Source: Camelus ferus
Lineage: Eukaryota
NCBI RefSeq assembly: GCF_009834535.1
Contig: NC_045698.1
Location: 4,900,001-4,964,000 of the forward strand
Direction: 5' to 3'
Length of the DNA: 64,000 nucleotides
The position numbers were made by a program, and so were the translations under genes. The notes under the pieces are model-generated. The model was given only the letters and a program-made list of their open reading frames with translations, searched no databases and was not told the origin of the DNA. Below, piece by piece: positions 62,600-64,000 of the stretch (positions are counted from its first letter, which is position 1; each line of letters begins with the position of its first letter).

Positions 62600-64000
62600 T
62601 ATCAAATAGAAGAGAAAACGAATAAACTGCAGCAACATTTATCAACAGACAAGACTTTATTCGGATTGCACCAGTTTTTAAAATTTACATCCCTTTTCTA
62701 TTCCAGGATGCGATGCAGGGAAACACATTACCGTTACTCATCCTGTCTCCTCAGTCTCCTTCAGTCTTTGAAACTTCACCAAAGATGTCTGCCTTCAGAC
62801 CTCTTGGTGTCTCAGTGTTTCCTCGTCTTTGATGAAGTTGAAGAGTATCTGTCAGTTTTGTTTTCAGAGATCTCCCTCTGTTTGATTTTTGTTTGTTTTA
62901 GAATTGCTAACCAATAAGCCCCGTAGAAACCAAACTACCAACTGGAGTGAAGTATTTCACTTTGTCTTTTTTTCCCCTTGTTTCTTAAGGTGGAAGCTTA
63001 GCTCACAGGTTTGAGAGCTTCCTTCTTTCCTGAGTGGTTTTTGCTATAAATTTTGTGTTAGCACTGCTCTAACTGCATTCTACAAATTTTGAAATGTATT
63101 TTCATAATTTTCATTCAGCTTAAAATATTTTTAATCTTACTATGCACTTCCTCTTCAACCCATGGGTAGTTATGAAGTATATTGTTTAATTCCTAAATAT
63201 TTGCAGATTTTCCAGATGTCTTTCTGCTATTGGGTTTTAGTTTTAATTCAAGACTTGAGAAACTACTTAACTATGCTTTTTATTCTTTTAAATTTGTTAG
63301 AATTCTTATAGCCCAGAGTGTGATCTCAAGGAATTTTCCACACATACTTAAAAAACGTTATTCTGCTGTTGTCCAATGAAGTATCAACTTAGTCAAGTTG
63401 TTCATTCAAGTCTCCTATATCTTTACTGACTTTCTGCCTATTTGTTCTTTTAAGTACAGAGAGAGGAATGCTGAAGACTCCAACTCAAATTAAATATATG
63501 TATGTATATGCATGCCTAGGGACATTGTGCTGTACACCAGAAATTCACACATTGTAACTGATTGCACTTCAATAAAAAGAAAAATATTTTGTCTGTTTCT
63601 TCTTCCAGTTCCATCAGTTTTCCTTCAATACTTTGAATTCTTTTGTCAAGTGTGCACACATTTATTATGTCTTCTTTTAAGAATTGATCTTCTTATCATT
63701 ATGTAATGTCCTACTTTAACTCTGATCATTTTCCTTGTTTTGTTTACTTCAAACGTAATGTATGAAATAAACATAAGTATGACAGCTTTCTTTTGATGTA
63801 CATCTTTTCCCATCCTATTAGTTTTCACTTATCTATGCCTTTATATTTATAGTGACTTTCTTATATATAACATGGAGTTGGGTCTTGTTTTTAATCCAAC
63901 CTAACAGTATTTTTCACTTTGTGTGTTAATTATTTAGTTTAAATGTAATTGTTGATATTTTTGGATTAAAACGTATCACATTCCTAGCAGCTTTCTACTC
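62600..64000 (-). mobile_element. Old L1 fragments (3' UTR piece and ORF2), with a short sense camelid-type L1 3' tip at ~63495-63585
   Basis: Antisense ORF2 endonuclease-region motifs 'gcactgctctaactgcattctacaaattttg' and 'tatccttttactgactttctg'; inserted 'gtacaccagaaattcacacattgtaactgattgcacttcaataaaaa'. Confidence 0.75.

Overview
Mammalian, non-coding, repeat-rich DNA. It is very probably camelid (camel/alpaca), based on two Vic-1-type tRNA-derived SINEs and young L1 3' ends of camelid/cetartiodactyl type. I recognise no intact protein-coding exon; the supplied ORFs appear to be chance ORFs or transposon fragments, so the window is intergenic or deep intronic. Contents include old eutherian repeats (MIR, L2, L1M, MLT1 LTRs, hAT MITEs), three ERV1-type solo LTRs (two with 4-bp TSDs), three 5'-inverted (twin-primed) young L1 insertions and microsatellites. 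The most interesting item is a ~1.9-kb insert at ~11,985-13,900 (minus strand) that matches no repeat I know. It is A-rich on the minus strand, has decayed coding character with an acidic C-terminal tail, and has AATAAA near its 3' end. Its frameshifted translation shows by-eye resemblance to Mononegavirales nucleoproteins. It is a candidate endogenous non-retroviral RNA-virus element; the alternative is an old processed pseudogene of a host gene I cannot identify. All family names come from recalled consensus sequences, not searches, and boundaries of old repeats are approximate.
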